Below are positions 43,258 through 45,099 of a DNA stretch of 45,099 nucleotides, one piece after another. The notes beneath the pieces are model-generated. The model was given only the letters and a program-made list of their open reading frames with translations. It was not told the origin of the DNA and made no database searches. The stretch's first letter is position 1. Every line of letters begins with the position of its first letter. The DNA is from an uncultured virus (IMG/VR IMGVR_UViG_2061766007_000929) (taxonomy: Duplodnaviria > Heunggongvirae > Uroviricota > Caudoviricetes). The stretch is from the IMG/VR virus record IMGVR_UViG_2061766007_000929; one strand, 5' to 3'. Made by a program: the position numbers and the translations under genes.

Positions 43258-43470
43258 ATGAAGTATAGTGGAATGATTGCCTATCTCAGAGAGATTCAGA
43301 ACTATGGCAACAACTACGTTAGTCCTTCCTTCGCTGGTGAGGTTGCGGATGCGTTGGAGTCTATGAGCGGTAAGATGGAACTGTACACCTTCATCTGGAA
43401 CCACCTGCCTAAGGACACTTTGGACTACCTCCTGCATCTGTACCACGAACAGAAGGAATCGGAGGATTAA
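43258..43470 (+). CDS. Hypothetical protein
   Basis: SD AAAGGGGG before ATG 43258. Confidence 0.55.
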   Translation: MKYSGMIAYLREIQNYGNNYVSPSFAGEVADALESMSGKMELYTFIWNHLPKDTLDYLLHLYHEQKESED

Positions 43471-43483
43471 AGGAGGTCATATT

Positions 43484-43735
43484 ATGGTTATCCCTGCGAA
43501 GTGTGTGTGCGATTTCTGCGGTGCAGAGAACCCTAAGTTCAAAGGCGTTGTAATGCCGGTCATCACCTGCTGCGAGTGGACTGAAGGCCGGGGGACACAG
43601 CCACGCATTGAGGTGGAGAAGTACGACATATGCGAGGAGTGTATGCTTCTGGCTACCAACATTCACGCGGACTTCCAAGGCTCCAACCCCTGTATTGAGG
43701 TCAACGGAAAGAAAGTCCGGGGAGAATGGACGTAA
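43484..43735 (+). CDS. Zn-finger hypothetical protein
   Basis: SD AAGGAGGT; CDFCG...DICEEC. Confidence 0.6.
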   Translation: MVIPAKCVCDFCGAENPKFKGVVMPVITCCEWTEGRGTQPRIEVEKYDICEECMLLATNIHADFQGSNPCIEVNGKKVRGEWT

Positions 43736-44109
43736 TGTATTACCTTCAGGAAAACGACAAGTGTGGATGGCTGACTCCGAGCGGGCGTTTCATTCCTTCT
43801 CCTTGGGGCCACCACGAAGAAAGTGCCGAAGAGATAGTCTTTGAAAACGATTGGGAAGAGGACTACAGGAGATGGAGAGAACCCGGTGAAGACCATATCC
43901 TGATGCGGGACTATCTTGTAATGTCGCGTGGCTTTGTTCTGTTCCACAACCCAATGCTGGGGGATACTTATGTGGCGACCTATGCCGAAAAGCTGACGCG
44001 AAAGCAGAGAAACCGCCTATACGACCTCTTTCTGTCCGTTGGAGACCGGGATTCGGCAAACTCCTTGTATAACAGTTGGAACCCTAACGAGTATGGAGGA
44101 ATAGGTTAA
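43726..44109 (+). CDS. Hypothetical protein (GWL.P.G.F...H family)
   Basis: GWLTPSGRF...GHHEESA...LTRKQ. Confidence 0.6.
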   Translation: MDVMYYLQENDKCGWLTPSGRFIPSPWGHHEESAEEIVFENDWEEDYRRWREPGEDHILMRDYLVMSRGFVLFHNPMLGDTYVATYAEKLTRKQRNRLYDLFLSVGDRDSANSLYNSWNPNEYGGIG

Positions 44110-44426
44110 TGGAAGTAAAGCTAAAGATGGACTTCCCGGAGAACTGTGAAAGCTGCCGACTGAACTACGATAGTTGCTGCTGCTGCGTTACAGGGACAAA
44201 GTTCTACGACGGAAATGAGGCGCACTTTGACCCCTTCAAGGACAGGCTACCCGACTGCCCAGTTTCTCCTATGGACAAGAGGGACATTCCCGCTCGCGTC
44301 ACAGTAACTACCGCCACAAAGCGATGCCCCTCCTGCAATAAGCAGTTGAGTGGTAGAGGGAATATCCACAGTAACTACCGCTATTGCCGATGGTGTGGGC
44401 AAGCACTGGATTGGACGGAGGAATAA
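44109..44426 (+). CDS. Cys-rich double Zn-ribbon protein
   Basis: PENCESC...LPDCP; CPSC...YCRWCGQALDW. Confidence 0.6.
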   Translation: MEVKLKMDFPENCESCRLNYDSCCCCVTGTKFYDGNEAHFDPFKDRLPDCPVSPMDKRDIPARVTVTTATKRCPSCNKQLSGRGNIHSNYRYCRWCGQALDWTEE

Positions 44427-44427
44427 C

Positions 44428-44646
44428 ATGAGATACCGCTATTATTCAACTCAAAGACCTGTGGCACCGGGAACTTTTCCCAAGCCTAAAGACAATAAGC
44501 TGATGAGCATTCGGAACTACGACGAACGAAAATTTTTCAAAACCCTCGGCAAAAATGTGTGGGGCTATATAGAGTATTCAGACCCGCTCGACCCGAGAGT
44601 TGCCGAGGAGTACGAGCTGACCTATGGAGGATGCTATGACGATTGA
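44428..44646 (+). CDS. DarA-C-like (defence-against-restriction-related) small protein
   Basis: YYSTQRPVAPGTFPK...WGYIEY..PL......YEL pattern; SD GGAGG. Confidence 0.6.
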   Translation: MRYRYYSTQRPVAPGTFPKPKDNKLMSIRNYDERKFFKTLGKNVWGYIEYSDPLDPRVAEEYELTYGGCYDD

Positions 44647-45099
44647 ACAGATAAAAGAAATGGTGGCTGGGAAGGACTACGACTTCCTGAGAACCAACCC
44701 GCACCTTGAAGGGAAGATTATCTTCCTGACCCTCGGCGGGAGCCATGCCTACGGAACCAATGTGGAAACATCCGATGTGGATGTGAGGGGCTGCGCCCTC
44801 AACAGCAAGACCGACCTTCTCGGCCTTTCCAGTTTCGAGCAGGTGGTGAACGAAGCGACCGATACTACGGTCTATGCCTTCAACAAGCTCATTTCCCTCC
44901 TCCTGAGCTGCAACCCCAATACTATCGAGATGCTTGGCTGCAAGCCTGAACACTATATCGTCCTCACCGACATCGGCAGGGAATTCATTGCCAACGCACA
45001 CCTGTTCCTGTCTCAGAGGGCGGTTGCTTCCTTCGGAGGCTATGCCAACCAACAGCTCCGCCGCCTTGAGAACGCTATCGCAAGGGACGCTCTGCCCCA
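44636..45099 (+). CDS. DNA polymerase beta-superfamily nucleotidyltransferase (RlaP/YcgL-like), truncated by the window end; not in ORF track
   Basis: GGSHAYGTN...SDVDVRG (GS...DxD), NPNTIEML, FGGYA..QL. Confidence 0.85.
   Translation, partial: MTIEQIKEMVAGKDYDFLRTNPHLEGKIIFLTLGGSHAYGTNVETSDVDVRGCALNSKTDLLGLSSFEQVVNEATDTTVYAFNKLISLLLSCNPNTIEMLGCKPEHYIVLTDIGREFIANAHLFLSQRAVASFGGYANQQLRRLENAIARDALP

Noticed and set aside
1..45099. Alternative genetic code (TAG stops are rare)
   Set aside because: Genes are intact and densely tiled under the standard code, with no evident in-frame TAG or TGA interruptions of conserved proteins.

Overview
Part of a long-tailed dsDNA phage (siphovirus-like) of a Gram-positive host, probably a Clostridia-type one (strong SD sites, sigma-A promoters, CHAP+SLH lysin). 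It is a metagenomic scaffold with eight N gaps, several flanked by allelic duplicates. Almost all genes are on the + strand. Order: neck/tail-completion genes (1-6.6 kb), major tail protein, tape measure, distal/central tail proteins (to 20 kb), two alternative fibre/receptor-binding blocks each running into the same endolysin start (to 22.4 kb and 22.4-30.7 kb), lysis genes, dUTPase, DnaB helicase, two convergent HTH genes beside a divergent promoter pair, and about 10 kb of tightly coupled small early genes (YodL-like, DUF551-like, Lar-like, DarA-C-like, Pol-beta-type nucleotidyltransferase). Most notable: (1) an Ig-like domain in frame upstream of the major tail protein whose best-placed start is a non-canonical ACG; (2) GATC is common up to 22.3 kb but apparently absent from the remaining 22.7 kb; (3) a recurring 15-nt junction linking early mini-genes like cassettes; (4) a repeated structured intergenic element with a compensatory change; (5) a tandem receptor-binding gene array; (6) a candidate anti-SD small RNA. 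No capsid, terminase, integrase, reverse transcriptase, tRNA or CRISPR array was seen. All family assignments are by-eye motif recognition, not database hits.
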